Shown: one piece after another, positions 53,814 to 64,000 of the stretch
Position numbering within the stretch: the first letter of the stretch is position 1
Layout of the letters: every line of letters begins with the position of its first letter
Origin: an uncultured delta proteobacterium
GTDB lineage: Bacteria > Desulfobacterota > Binatia > UBA9968
DNA: 64,000 nucleotides
Assembly (NCBI GenBank): GCA_963760795.1
Contig: CAVXEP010000012.1
Coordinates: forward strand, 128,001-192,000
Direction: 5' to 3'
The notes under the pieces: generated by a model
Database searches by the model: none
Seen by the model: the letters and a program-made list of their open reading frames with translations, nothing else
What the model was told of the DNA's origin: nothing
Translations under genes and position numbers: made by a program

Positions 53814-54093
53814 AGCTCCTCCATTCCCGCACTTCGGCCCCGCAGCAACAGCGCGCCAAATGCAAAGTTTCCTCGGTGCTTAGGCGCGTCCTGAGCCATG
53901 AGAAGTGAGTCTCCAGGTTTGGTTTGACGGCGAATCGGTCGCGCGCCTCTATCAGCCATCGCATCGATGCCTTCGCTATGCCCGCGTCTGCCTTACTTTT
54001 GGCAAGCTCGCCACGCGTGGCGCGCAAGCGTTGTTTACAGGGGGTCCGCGCGGCAAATCGCATCAAAACTACGCAAGTAGCGTGGCCTTCTCT

Positions 54094-54133
54094 ATCAGAG
54101 TATCCCTGAATTTCAGCTTCGAAATCCCTTAGG
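54094..54133. promoter_or_regulatory. Bipartite operator, copy 1
   Basis: ATCAGAGTATCCCTGA-N10-CGAAATCCCTTAGG. Confidence 0.55.
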
Positions 54134-54173
54134 ACAGCCCGGGCCGAGCGGGCTCATCGAGAGCGGCTACCGT

Positions 54174-54365
54174 TCACGCCTCATCGAGGACTCCTTCGCG
54201 TAGCTCCGTGCCGTAGACGTGGTTGGGGTCTATCTGCGCGGCATTGTGAAAATGCGCCAGGGCGGTTTGATTATCGCCCTTGAACAGCGCCTGTCTTCCT
54301 TGCGCGACATCGCCGCCGCTTTGGATATTCGCGCAGACCGAGAGGAAAACAACAACAACCAACAA
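54174..54365 (-). pseudogene. TPR lipoprotein fragment
   Basis: GRQALFKGDNQTALAHFHNAAQIDPN, truncated. Confidence 0.45.
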
Positions 54366-54687
54366 CCGCCGGTAATGATCCGGCTTTCGGCGTGTTTTCA
54401 GTCTTGGTCACAGGAGACGCGAAGTCGAAGATTGCTTGCCGGATGGTAACGTCAATCCACCAGGGTAGCGGATCGGTGCGGGCAGTATGACATGATTCGT
54501 TCTCTCTTTCGTCACGGCTGCGCAGCCGCCGCCGCCAAAATGGCGCGGGCGGCCGGTGCGTCGCTCGTGTCTGCCGGCGCGGAATCAGGCGCCCGCCGGG
54601 CTTTTTTTACCGTTGCGTCGACGTCAGGCAGCTGCCGATCTTTTGCAGGCCGGCGTCGCCGCAACGCGCAGGCGAGTGCTACACGTT

Positions 54688-55253
54688 CTACTTGGCCACC
54701 TCTACGTTGATCGCCAGAGCCTCAGTGTGTCTGACGACCACTTCATCGCCCTTTTTGACTTCGCTGAATCTCTTGACGTCCTTGTCGACCTTCAACGTGG
54801 CGGTTTTTGTTGCGGTCCGCGCAGCGTTACCGGGCGATTTTTATAATCGATTTCCTCAACCCTTGCTCTCATCTCCATGGTGTCGACGGCGAGGGCGCCG
54901 GGTTTTTGTCCGGGCGCCGCCAATTGGACCGCAGATGCTTCCTCGGCGAAAGGCGGCTCATCGGGTTTGCGCACGAAGATAGCGGTGGACTCGTAATATT
55001 TCGTCGTCACGCGATCGCCGGTCTTGATCTGCTTGAAGTTCTTGACGTCCGGTCCGACCTTGAGCATGACCACGTTGCCTCTGGGTCCTTTGAGCGCCAC
55101 CGTGCGCTTGTCGTAATCGATCGCCTCGACCGTGGCCGTGAACGATGTCGCCTCGACTGTGACCACGCCAGGCTTTCCTGCGGGCTTTTTTTCTTGCGCC
55201 AGAACCTGTGTTGCGAGTACTCCAATCAAAAGTGATACGATGAATGACCTCAT
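54688..55253 (-). CDS. Secreted protein with two OB-like repeats, frameshift near C-terminus
   Basis: Signal peptide; repeated VEAIDYDKRTVALKGP / VEEIDYKNRPVTLRGP. Confidence 0.7.
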
Positions 55254-55324
55254 GATTACCTCCTTCAAAAAATATCTTGCCGTGCACGCGCACGGCTAGC
55301 GGCGTTGACATCGATATTTCTCAT

Positions 55325-55364
55325 ATCGGGCCAACCCTGATGACGTTGTTCGAAATCCCTTGGG
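55325..55364. promoter_or_regulatory. Bipartite operator, copy 2
   Basis: ATCGGGCCAACCCTGA-N10-CGAAATCCCTTGGG. Confidence 0.55.
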
Positions 55365-55534
55365 GACGAGAGAGATTGAAGCTTCGAACGATATGGTCGC
55401 GAAACACTGCGACATCCAATCGATCCTTAACCCGAGAACAAGCCGCCGCGGGCACAGAGATTGTGGAATACCGAGTTAATCAAATCTCAAATTCTCAGGT
55501 TGCGGATTCCTACGCTCACCATGCGGAATGAATA

Positions 55535-55864
55535 CTACCGACCCATGTGGCGCTCATAAGCTGTGTCGAAGCGTCGCGACAGAGTCGGATCGCGTTCGAG
55601 CTGGCCCTTGAAGCTGCTTTCCACCCGCGTCGTCCCATCGGCCTGGTTGCGCACCGTGATGGTCGCGTCGATGCCGTCCTTCGACCCGCGGATCAGGCCG
55701 CCGGGCCGATCGACGGACGTGACATTGATGCCGCTGTCCTGCGCCGCGCGCAGCGCAGCATCCCACGCTCGGTCATAGTTGCTGTAGACCGGCGCCGGCT
55801 CGTAGACGACGCAGCCGTGCAACAGCAAAAAAAACAGCGCCAGACAACGACCGATAGCAATCAA
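55535..55864 (-). CDS. Small lipoprotein
   Basis: LLLHGC lipobox; YDRAWDAAL. Confidence 0.65.
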   Translation of the reverse strand: MIAIGRCLALFFLLLHGCVVYEPAPVYSNYDRAWDAALRAAQDSGINVTSVDRPGGLIRGSKDGIDATITVRNQADGTTRVESSFKGQLERDPTLSRRFDTAYERHMGR

Positions 55865-55917
55865 TCTTTTTAATCTGCCTCGAAGCCTAAACGCGATCGA
55901 ATCTAGGAACGCTGCCG

Positions 55918-56944
55918 TTAATTCTCCGTTGCCGTGCGCGTGTGCTTGCTGGTTGCGGGCGGTATCCGCAGGATACAGCGAAAACCCAGATGGCAAGTAG
56001 AAGTATCGATGGGTTGCGCCATGCGCGCCGCCGGGCGGTAACGACGGCAATAGTTCGGCGCGCACAGATACGAGCCGCCCTTCATCACCTTGCGCGGAAT
56101 TTTAATGTCCGGCGTGGCCGGATCGAAGCTCTGGTCGCGCTCTGCGCCGCGCGAATCGATGCTGCCGCAGCATGAATGCGAGATCTTGCGGTGTTCTTGA
56201 TACCAGTCCGTCGTCCACTCCCAGACATTGCCGGCCATTTCGTATAGGCCATAACCGTTGGGTAGAAAACTTCCCACCGGCGCGCGTACCCTCAAAACCG
56301 TCCTCCTTAAGATTCTGCCAGGGAAAGTCACCTTGCCAAGTATTCGCCATCGGTTTGCCGCCGGGGGTGAATTCATCGCCCCAGACAAATTCCGCTCCGT
56401 CCAATCCGCCGCGCGCGGCAAATTCCCATTGTGCTTCGGTGGGCAATTCTTTACCGGCCCAATTGGCATAGGCTTCGGCGTCTTCGTATGCGATGTGGAC
56501 CACGGGATGCTTCGCTCTGCCTTGCAAAGAACTTGCCGGCCCCTCGGGATGGCGCCAGTTGGCGCCCGGAATATACGCCCACCATTGATAACAATCGCGC
56601 AGATTCACTTTCTGGCGCGGTTTCTGAAACACCACGGAAGCCGGCACCAGCAATTCCGGTTTTGCGCCGGGGTAATCCTCAGCCCTGGGCGGTTTCTCGG
56701 CCAAGGTCACGTACTTTGTCGATTCCACGAAGTCGCGGAACTCTTCGTTAGTGACCGTGTATCGATCCATCCAAAATCCATCGACAGAAACAAAATGCGC
56801 CGGCGCTTCTTCCGGATAATGCCTGTCCGATCCCATGAAATAATTGCCGCCGGGAATCCAAACCATTTTCTCGAGGGCCGATTTGCCGGTTGATTGCGAC
56901 TCAACCTGTGGCATGAAAGAAGTCAGATCGGCCGCGTAGAGCAT
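55918..56944 (-). CDS. Formylglycine-generating enzyme (SUMF1) family, one frameshift
   Basis: LPTEAQWEFAARGG, GNVWEW, KGGSYLCAPNYCRRYRPAAR, HLGFRC. Confidence 0.92.
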
Positions 56945-57078
56945 AAATTCTCCCTTTCGTTTTAACTGGAACCGCGTGCGTTGTTAAAAAACATCGAGTG
57001 TCGCCGGCTCGCTCTCTGATCCTTGTCGCGAGTCGTCTCGTCTTGCCCAAAAACTAATAGAATTGCGCAGGCGCGACT

Positions 57079-57117
57079 ATCGGGACTTCCCTGATTCTTG
57101 TTTCCAAATCCCTTAGG
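57079..57117. promoter_or_regulatory. Bipartite operator, copy 3
   Basis: ATCGGGACTTCCCTGA-N9-CCAAATCCCTTAGG. Confidence 0.55.
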
Positions 57118-57383
57118 AAGGCGGGAGCTTAACGGCCGCGAAGCTTATTCAACCGTTGCGATGCTTGGTTAGTCCTGAAAGAAAAAATTTCCCAGCAAGG
57201 ATGCCAATTGCTGGAATGTGCGCAGGATGGCGAACGCCGATGGCCCGACCCGCTTCGACGACCAAAGCAGCGGCCCCAGTCGACCGGTTCACCTCGATGA
57301 TCTCTTGATTTGTCAGCTTGCGGGTCAGCAACCCGGAGTTTTCAAGCGTCTGTCGCAGCCTCTTTGCCATTGGCTCAGCTTCT

Positions 57384-57950
57384 TCAGCCGGGCCGCTTAA
57401 CCGCCTCACGCGCCTTTTTTTGCGTTTCTTCGACTTCGAGCATCACCTTGTAGGCCGTGTAGTACTTGAAGAGGCTGCGCACATGGGGGTCGTCTCGATA
57501 CCGACTTTCGTCCGCCGTGATTATCTCGACGTTGTTGAACCACTTATCCGGGTCGAGGTCGCGTTTGACCGCTTCCTTGCGCAGGCTTGCGATTCGCCCC
57601 GGGCCCGCGTTGTAGGCGGCAAATGCAAACAGCGACCGATTCGCCTCGTTGAACTTCGCTTCGGGACATATCGGGTCATCAACTGGTCCATGTATTTGGC
57701 CGGCAAGGATGTTCGCCTCGGTCACTTTGACGTCGCCGACTTTCATCTCCGCGCCCGTCGCCGGCATCAGTTGCATGACGCCGATGGCGCCGACGTGGCT
57801 TTTCGCGTCCTGGTTGAGCTGCGACTCCTGATAACCCTGGGCCGCGAGCATCAATGGGTCGAAGCCGTATTTTTCGCCATACTTTCGAAAAAATTCCAGC
57901 GTCGCAATGAAGCGCTTCGCTTCCGCCGAACCGGCGGAGTTGGTGATCTA
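57384..57950 (-). pseudogene. MltF-type lytic transglycosylase (SLT) domain, 5'-truncated
   Basis: AAQGYQES, GAIGVMQLMP, AAYNAGPG, WFNNVE; homology stops at the repeat boundary. Confidence 0.75.
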
Positions 57951-57953
57951 ACG

Positions 57954-58096
57954 GTACGGTCGCAAAGTCGTATTTCATCCACAGCTCGAAGTTCTCGGTT
58001 AACTGCCGAGCTAGCCGGACGCACCATAGTCCAAAGAGTGCTCAGAGGCAGAGGCCCATTGGCTTCACTGCGGAGGGCTTGCCCCTCGCCTTACGG
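57954..58096 (+). repeat. 143-bp direct repeat, copy 1
   Basis: 5 mismatches versus 62865-63007 by manual alignment. Confidence 0.92.
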
Positions 58097-58411
58097 TTAC
58101 TATCCACTGCGTTATTCGGGTTACTTACCCTTTGGCAGTCGCGATCACCGACACTTTTCTCTGCGCCGGCGATGCTAAACGACGCATGGGATGGATAGGA
58201 TCGCGCTGACGACGAAGCACAAATTTGACTTGCCGTGAAGAATGTCGGACTGCGCCGGCAGGGCGCTGCCGGGCGTCCCAGATGAAATGGCGGGGATAAA
58301 TCCTCGACACAACGCCCAACGCTAGGTCGCCTGGAAAGATTCCCAACCTTTCATCCGTCCATAGCCGATGTCTTCGTGAGTTCGCCGTCGATGGAACGTG
58401 CTGACTCGGAA

Positions 58412-59519
58412 TCAGCAAAGCTTATTTGATCTTACTGGGTATGTCCTTGCGCCACTTTGCTTTCGAATACCCAGCTTAAGCATGCGCGAGCGCGCGGTGC
58501 TGGGATGAAGGCCGAGGATCAAGGCAGCGCCTTTGGGACCCTCAATGCGCCATTCTGTTTGCTCAAGGACTCGGGTAATGTGCATCCTCTCGAGCTCGTC
58601 CAGTCGAGTGGCTTGAAAACTCTTGTCAACTTTGGGCAACCTATTTTCCCATGACGGTGTCAAAACGGGCAGCGGTTCCGTTGGCGCCGGACGCATCTTC
58701 CACTCCTCTGGAAGCTGCAACACCCGACCGGTCGATATCACTGCCGCCCGGGAAATTATATTCTGGAGCTCTCTGACGTTGCCCGGCCAGTCGTAGCGCT
58801 GTAACTCCGCGAGCGTTTGCGGGCATATACTATCGAACCGCTTATCCAGCTTCGCGCCCACCTCGCGCAGAAATCCATTCGCCAAAGCCTCTATATCTTC
58901 TTTCCGCTTCCTGAGCGGCGGCACACTCACCGGATAGACGTTTAACCTATAGTACAGGTCCGAGCGAAAAGTACCCTTCTCCATCAATTCCAAGAGATTT
59001 CGGTTGGTAGCCGCAATTAAGCGCGCGTTCACCTTGATCGTTTTGCCGCTCCCCACTCGCTCAAACTCACCCTCCTGCAATACCCGCAGCAGCTTCGCTT
59101 GCAGAGTCAAAGGCAGATCGCCGATCTCGTCCAAAAAAATCGTTCCGCCATGCGCCAACTCAAATCGCCCTATCTGCCGCGCCACCGCTCCCGTGAACGC
59201 GCCCCGCTCATGGCCGAACAACTCGCTCTCGATCAGCGACTCGGGCAACGCAGCGCAGTTCACTTTCACCAGCGGCCGGTCACGACGCGCGCTGCGCGCG
59301 TGAATCGCGCATGCCACCAGCTCTTTGCCGGTGCCGGTCTCGCCAAGGATGAGCACGGTCGTGTCAATCGGCGCCACCTGCTCGACGCAGAACCACACGC
59401 GTTTGAGCACATCGCTGTCTCCGACGATGACGTTTTTTTCCGTTTCGGCTGCGCCGATCCCGGCGCGGCGCGGCGGCGCTACACGGAGCAGCGTTGAGAA
59501 TCCCTTCTCGTTCCATCAT
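58412..59519 (-). CDS. sigma54-dependent activator (AAA+ and HTH), no sensor domain; 5' frameshift
   Basis: [29 protein letters not shown]; AGGAGG before the ATG at 59519. Confidence 0.88.
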
Positions 59520-60010
59520 CAACCTCCTGTTGAACTACCGAGGTGTCTTTTCGTGGCTGATGTCTCCTTCACCTTGGCGCTCTACCTGTCGATCGCTTGA
59601 ATCGATGCTGGCACCGACGGTTGGCGCGCGATGATGTCTCCCCCTAGGACGGCATGTATCGCCGGGACAAGATCATCGCCCGTCGGCAGCGTCGATACCT
59701 CGATGCGCCGGTGGCTTTTTGCTTGCATGCAACATGCTGAGCTTTGTGCCGGATTGTAGATAAATCGCCTGATGGCACAAGTCGGAAATGTACCGGGATG
59801 AGGGTCCGAAAATATACTGAAGGAGAGGCTCAGTAAAAACGCTGGCTACCGGGTAAACAGGATGGAGTGTTGGAGTCGTGGACTACGGCAGCAGCGCATC
59901 ACTCCAGTACCCGTCACTCCAGGTCCACTAGCCGGTCCGTCGGAGCGAGTTGTTTTCTTCGACGGTTTTGAACGTATCGAACGGCTTGAACGATTTGAAC
60001 TGTTTCGAGA

Positions 60011-60646
60011 CTAGGGGGCAACCAGACCGATCTGAATGGCGTAGCGGACAAGCTCCGCCGTGCTTTCGACTTTGAGCACGCGCATCATCTCATATTTGTG
60101 GGTCTCGACGGTGCGCGTGGAAAGCTCCAGGATCGTGGCAATCTCTTTCATCCTCCGGCCCTCCGCGATGAGCCGCAAAACTTCGCGTTGGCGCACCGTC
60201 AGCTTCACGGCGGGCTGAGGGGTGGATTCTGTCAAGATCGCGATGACATCCTTGGTGATCAACGGAGTCAGATAGGTCCGTCCCTGTAGAACCTCCTGAA
60301 TAGCGCCGATGAGTTCCTCGCCGGCAGACTGTTTCAAAACGTACCCGCAGGCGCCCGCGCGGAAGGCTTCGGTGGCCAGTTGGGCATCGGCATGCATCGT
60401 CAGGAAAATAACTTTGGCTTTGCTTTGCGCTGCTTTGAGCCGGCGCAGCGCCTCCAGCCCGCTCAATACCGGCATGGAAATATCGGCGACGATCACGTCG
60501 GGGCCGAGCTTCCGGGCCGCTTCGATCAGCTCGCTGCCGTCGCCCACCGCACCCACAAGGTCGAAATGATCTTTCAGCATGGTCGCCAATCCCTCGGTGA
60601 CGATGGCGTGATCGTCGGCGAGTAGCACTCGGGCGCGACGCTTCAT
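60011..60646 (-). CDS. NarL/LuxR-family response regulator
   Basis: LADDH, DISMP, LTMH, LTVRQREVL..TVETHK. Confidence 0.95.
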   Translation of the reverse strand: MKRRARVLLADDHAIVTEGLATMLKDHFDLVGAVGDGSELIEAARKLGPDVIVADISMPVLSGLEALRRLKAAQSKAKVIFLTMHADAQLATEAFRAGACGYVLKQSAGEELIGAIQEVLQGRTYLTPLITKDVIAILTESTPQPAVKLTVRQREVLRLIAEGRRMKEIATILELSTRTVETHKYEMMRVLKVESTAELVRYAIQIGLVAP

Positions 60647-62538
60647 CGGTTTCCTCCCAACGGAACCTTTACTCGCATTTCTGTTCCACGATTAAGCCCT
60701 GTATTGATCGCCAAACTTCCGCCGATCAACCGCACCCGCTCATCCAGGCTGATAAGCCCTAAACCTCCCAGCCGCCGCGCTTCGCCGAGATCGAATCCCT
60801 GCCCATCATCGATGATGACCAGTTCCAGGCCTTCGTCGTTGGATTTTAGACTGATCTGCGCCTTGTGCGCGGCCGCATGCGCCGTGATGTTGCGTAAGGC
60901 CTCCTGAGCGACGCGGAACAGACAGAGCGCAACATCATTAGGAATGCCGTCCAGATCGGCGTTCGCAGAAAGGGTTACGTCGATCTCGTGTTGCTTACCA
61001 AACTCCGCGCAATGACCTTTTAGTGCAGCGATCAGGCCGGCGTGTTGCAGGACTCCGGGATGCAATTCATGCGATAGGCTGCGGATCACATCGGCCAGGT
61101 CAGTGGTGCGCTGCTGCAGCCGGGTTATATCCTCTCGAACGGTCCCGGTGCCGCTGTTTTGCAACTGCCGCTTGACGTTGCTGAGTGCGATGGACAAACC
61201 CGCAAGCTGCTGGTTGACATCGTCGTGGAGCTCGCTCGCGATGCGTGAACGTTCGGCCTCCTGTGCTGTAATCAGCCTTCCAGCCAGATCTTGAGTCCGG
61301 TCGTAGCTCTCCTTAAGGTCAGCCTCGGCGCGGCGGCGCCGAGCCCGATGGAGCAGCAAATTACCGATCATCGCCGCTTGGATGGCGATGATCGAGAGCG
61401 CTACGATGATGTACAAAATATATTTCTCCCACATCGTCGGCTGTCGAAAGACGATCACGCTGCCGGGGGGCAGGCGATCCTCGCTGATGTTCCAGCGCTG
61501 TAACTCCCGCCAGTCGTACCGCGGGCCTACCGTGCCAATGACCTTCGGTGGGAAATTCGAAATCGGCTCGCCGCGCAGGACGCGAATGGCGATGCTCGCC
61601 GATTCCACGCCCTGGAGCTCACCCTGGTGCAGGCGGCCACCGACGATGCCCAGGCCCAGCTGGTTCTTGTAGAGGCCATTGATGGGCGCATTGGCGACGG
61701 CACGCAGACGTTGGAGCGCGTCGTCCTCGTTGTGAGTCACACCCGACGCATCCCGAAGGAGCAGCCCGAGCAGGATGAAGGAACGCGGGGGCAACTTGGC
61801 CAGCCGCTCCAGCATCTGATCGAATGACAGGTCATTGAGGAAGTTGAAGCTCACCCGGTTCGTGAATCGCTCGAACGCGCGGCGAAACTCGATCGCCCAG
61901 TATCGTTCGAGCAGCGTAGCACCGAGGATAACCTCGATGTTGGTCGTGTCTGGCGCGATCTGGAGGATGTCCTCGACCAGGCCGGCCACATCGAAGTCTT
62001 CCCCGACGAAGGTGGCATTCTTCGTAATCGCATCGGGCGGCACCGTCCGCCGGTCCATCCCCGTGTAAATAACCGGCGTCCCCGGAAACAGACGATCCCG
62101 AAACTTCACCACGAAGCGGCCGGCGGGGGACCCGATCGGCACCACCAGGTCCGGCTGCCATTTCGCTAGGCGCTTGAGCAGGAACTCGACGAACGGTTCT
62201 TCCATGTCCGGCTGGCTGTAGCGCGCATTGTCCAGCGAGATCTCGTCGAGATCGACGCTGTTGCCCATCTCCTGGGTGAGCGTGGTCTCGAACGCAGTCG
62301 AGTGGGTCGTGAACGGCGGCGCGCTGCTCCCGAAGGAATGCACCATGAGCACGCGTTTGGCCCGCCCGGCATCGGCGCCGTGGACGGCGCTTGTTACACT
62401 AAGGCAAACAATCACGCAAAGCATATAAAGTACTCGACGCGCCAAGCGTTGGAAGGCGCGCCGCAAGATTCGGCTTGGCCACATTGGATTCATCGCGGGC
62501 GGGGAGATTTTACGACTGCGCGCCGCGCGAACACACAC
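60643..62538 (-). CDS. HisKA_3 sensor kinase with periplasmic binding-protein-like domain
   Basis: EAERSRIASELHDD, QEALRNI, DDGQGFD, GLGL; overlaps the RR start codon. Confidence 0.93.
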   Translation of the reverse strand: MCVRAARSRKISPPAMNPMWPSRILRRAFQRLARRVLYMLCVIVCLSVTSAVHGADAGRAKRVLMVHSFGSSAPPFTTHSTAFETTLTQEMGNSVDLDEISLDNARYSQPDMEEPFVEFLLKRLAKWQPDLVVPIGSPAGRFVVKFRDRLFPGTPVIYTGMDRRTVPPDAITKNATFVGEDFDVAGLVEDILQIAPDTTNIEVILGATLLERYWAIEFRRAFERFTNRVSFNFLNDLSFDQMLERLAKLPPRSFILLGLLLRDASGVTHNEDDALQRLRAVANAPINGLYKNQLGLGIVGGRLHQGELQGVESASIAIRVLRGEPISNFPPKVIGTVGPRYDWRELQRWNISEDRLPPGSVIVFRQPTMWEKYILYIIVALSIIAIQAAMIGNLLLHRARRRRAEADLKESYDRTQDLAGRLITAQEAERSRIASELHDDVNQQLAGLSIALSNVKRQLQNSGTGTVREDITRLQQRTTDLADVIRSLSHELHPGVLQHAGLIAALKGHCAEFGKQHEIDVTLSANADLDGIPNDVALCLFRVAQEALRNITAHAAAHKAQISLKSNDEGLELVIIDDGQGFDLGEARRLGGLGLISLDERVRLIGGSLAINTGLNRGTEMRVKVPLGGNR

Positions 62539-62826
62539 AGCACGAGCACTTCTCGGGAAATCGGCTGACCCACCCGTCGACTAAAGCCGCGTATCGCTTC
62601 ACTATGATTGCTTCGTGCGTCTTTCGACATCAGACTTATGCCCGGCTAACGCAGCTTTTTCCTTCGCCGCAAACTTCGGCTCGTGGCCTGCCTCGAGGCT
62701 GGCCCGGTGCGATCTGGCATTGGCAAACTGTAACGATTGTCGAGCTTAACGATGACGCGAACGATCCGCAAGTCGACAACGATCCTGCGATCATCGTGAC
62801 CGATGAGTTGATGCTATAGGCCGCCT

Positions 62827-63007
62827 GGCGAGGGGTGAGCCCGGAGCAGTGAAGCCACCCAACTGTACGGTCGCAAAGCCGTATTTCATCCACAGCTCGA
62901 AGCTCTCGGTTAACTGCCGAGCTAGCCGGACGCACCATAGTCCAAAGAGTGCTCCGAGGCAGAGGCCCATTGGCTTCACTGCGGAGGGTTTGCCCATCGC
63001 CTTACGG
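62827..63007 (+). repeat. 143-bp repeat copy 2 (62865-63007) within an element with ~31-bp imperfect inverted ends
   Basis: GGCGAGGGGTGAGCCCGGAGCAGTGAAGCCA (62827-62857) versus TGGCTTCACTGCGGAGGGTTTGCCCATCGCC (62971-63001). Confidence 0.8.
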
Positions 63008-63262
63008 GAACGAATGGAACCAAGAGAAAAAATGGCAGTGACCCCGATAGCACGCCAAGAGCACGACGGACGAAACCATTTTTTGATTCGATGCCGTCGA
63101 GTGTCCTGGGGTCAGAAGTTCGACCAATAAAAGTTGCTCGCGCCTAGCCGTCATACGGGCGGAAGCCGGTATCCAGCTGTTTTTGAAATTCCTGGATTCC
63201 AAAATGTCTGAGATTTAGTCTCGTGATTGTTCGCAAGCCGTGCAACTTGGCGACCTGGGACT

Positions 63263-63470
63263 GTCAATCCACCTCGACCTGACCGGTCACCGCGCGCGCA
63301 CCAGCGACCAGGATAGGCCAAGGCCCAGAACGATCCCAATCACAATCAGTGAGATCCAGGAGAGCAGAGACGGACGATCAGGATTGACAATGCCGTAGTC
63401 AGTGAGCACCCATACCAGAGTGCCGAGCACGAGCGCGCTTAACACCAGTCCGATAGCGCCCAGGGATACC
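63263..63470 (-). pseudogene. DUF6524-like membrane protein, 3' fragment
   Basis: SLGAIGLVL..LVWVLTDYG..LGLSWSLVRAR..TGQVEVD, no start codon. Confidence 0.5.
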
Positions 63471-63595
63471 GACGGTACCCTCTCACTAAGTCAACCAAAT
63501 TCGTTGCTATAACAATCTCCTTTTCTGTGCCGCCTTTGTTGACCTCCAGTGCCTAGATTTTTTCCGTTCTTTGATGTCCACTATTTTTTACCTAC

Positions 63596-64000
63596 CTAGA
63601 CCTTGACTCCGAGCGCACTGGACAGCTGCTTGATTGTCGCGGCTTCTTGCTCGCTTACTGGCGTACCGCCGAAGCCAAGGAAGCCACCCTCCTTGGCGGC
63701 TTCAGAAACCTTCTGGGCCACGGCAACAAGCCACTGCTGGAATCCTTGAGCCTCGTCGGGCTTCGCTTTCTTCCCGACCAGCGCGCCCGCCTGCCGGCAG
63801 CTCTCGATCGCTAAACTCTTGACCTGGTCCGGCGTCTTGCCCTTCAACTCTGCCGGAGCGCTTAAATCCCGCGCTCCCGCTTCGATGTCGGCCACCAACG
63901 CCTCGATTAGTTCATTGGGTGGCCCCTGGGTTTTTACCTCGCGGAGCGTTCTTCCCACCGCAAGCATTTCCTTCACCACTCCGAACGGCCCACTCGGACT
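63596..64000 (-). CDS. Hypothetical protein (runs off window)
   Basis: VSEAAKEGGFLGFGGTPVSEQE motif; frame open to the window edge. Confidence 0.7.
   Translation of the reverse strand, partial: SPSGPFGVVKEMLAVGRTLREVKTQGPPNELIEALVADIEAGARDLSAPAELKGKTPDQVKSLAIESCRQAGALVGKKAKPDEAQGFQQWLVAVAQKVSEAAKEGGFLGFGGTPVSEQEAATIKQLSSALGVKV

Noticed and set aside
52920-57950. One mltF gene split by an insertion
   Set aside because: The C-terminal fragment lies upstream of the N-terminal fragment on the minus strand, which fits two paralogous remnants better
1-64000. CRISPR arrays, tRNA/rRNA genes, integrases and defence systems
   Set aside because: No repeat-spacer periodicity or recognisable signatures seen by eye

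Overview
A GC-rich (roughly 55-60% by eye) bacterial chromosomal window. Gene content suggests a deltaproteobacterial/Binatia-like organism (inference). Many single-base frameshifts, including in essential genes, point to a long-read consensus. Left to right: (1) 1-5.5 kb, cNMP-binding protein, metallophosphoesterase, glutaminase-STAS-cNMP fusion behind a sigma54 promoter, Nit-family amidase and USP; (2) 5.5-24 kb, an iron-homeostasis island with a DtxR/MntR regulator, Fe3+ ABC transporter, cytochrome c-FTR1 permease, a Com-like Cys4 ribbon microprotein, a CxC/HxH microprotein, exbB-exbD-tonB-hemP, a TonB receptor, piuC, DUF3016, PepSY-flavodoxin, DUF4198, a siderophore-interacting protein, bfr and a Dps-like ferritin; (3) tatD-metG-holB-tmk, minor pilins and pilD; (4) a Wzm/Wzt glycan cluster; (5) a decaying accessory region with a candidate ~185-nt rod-like ncRNA, a three-copy operator, a 143-bp duplication and a two-component/sigma54 cascade. 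The main finding is a 29-nt tandem GA(N)2CC-like motif plus hairpin that occurs twice, each time just after a predicted transcription start. One copy precedes the TonB uptake operon, where it overlaps a terminator-like stem, and the other precedes the ferritin gene. The first copy lies just downstream of a phage Mu Com-like gene, suggesting a non-phage Com-type RNA switch in iron homeostasis. A second apparent RNA switch (HemP, AAGCCAGCCA repeats and an anti-SD sequence) sits in front of the receptor gene.
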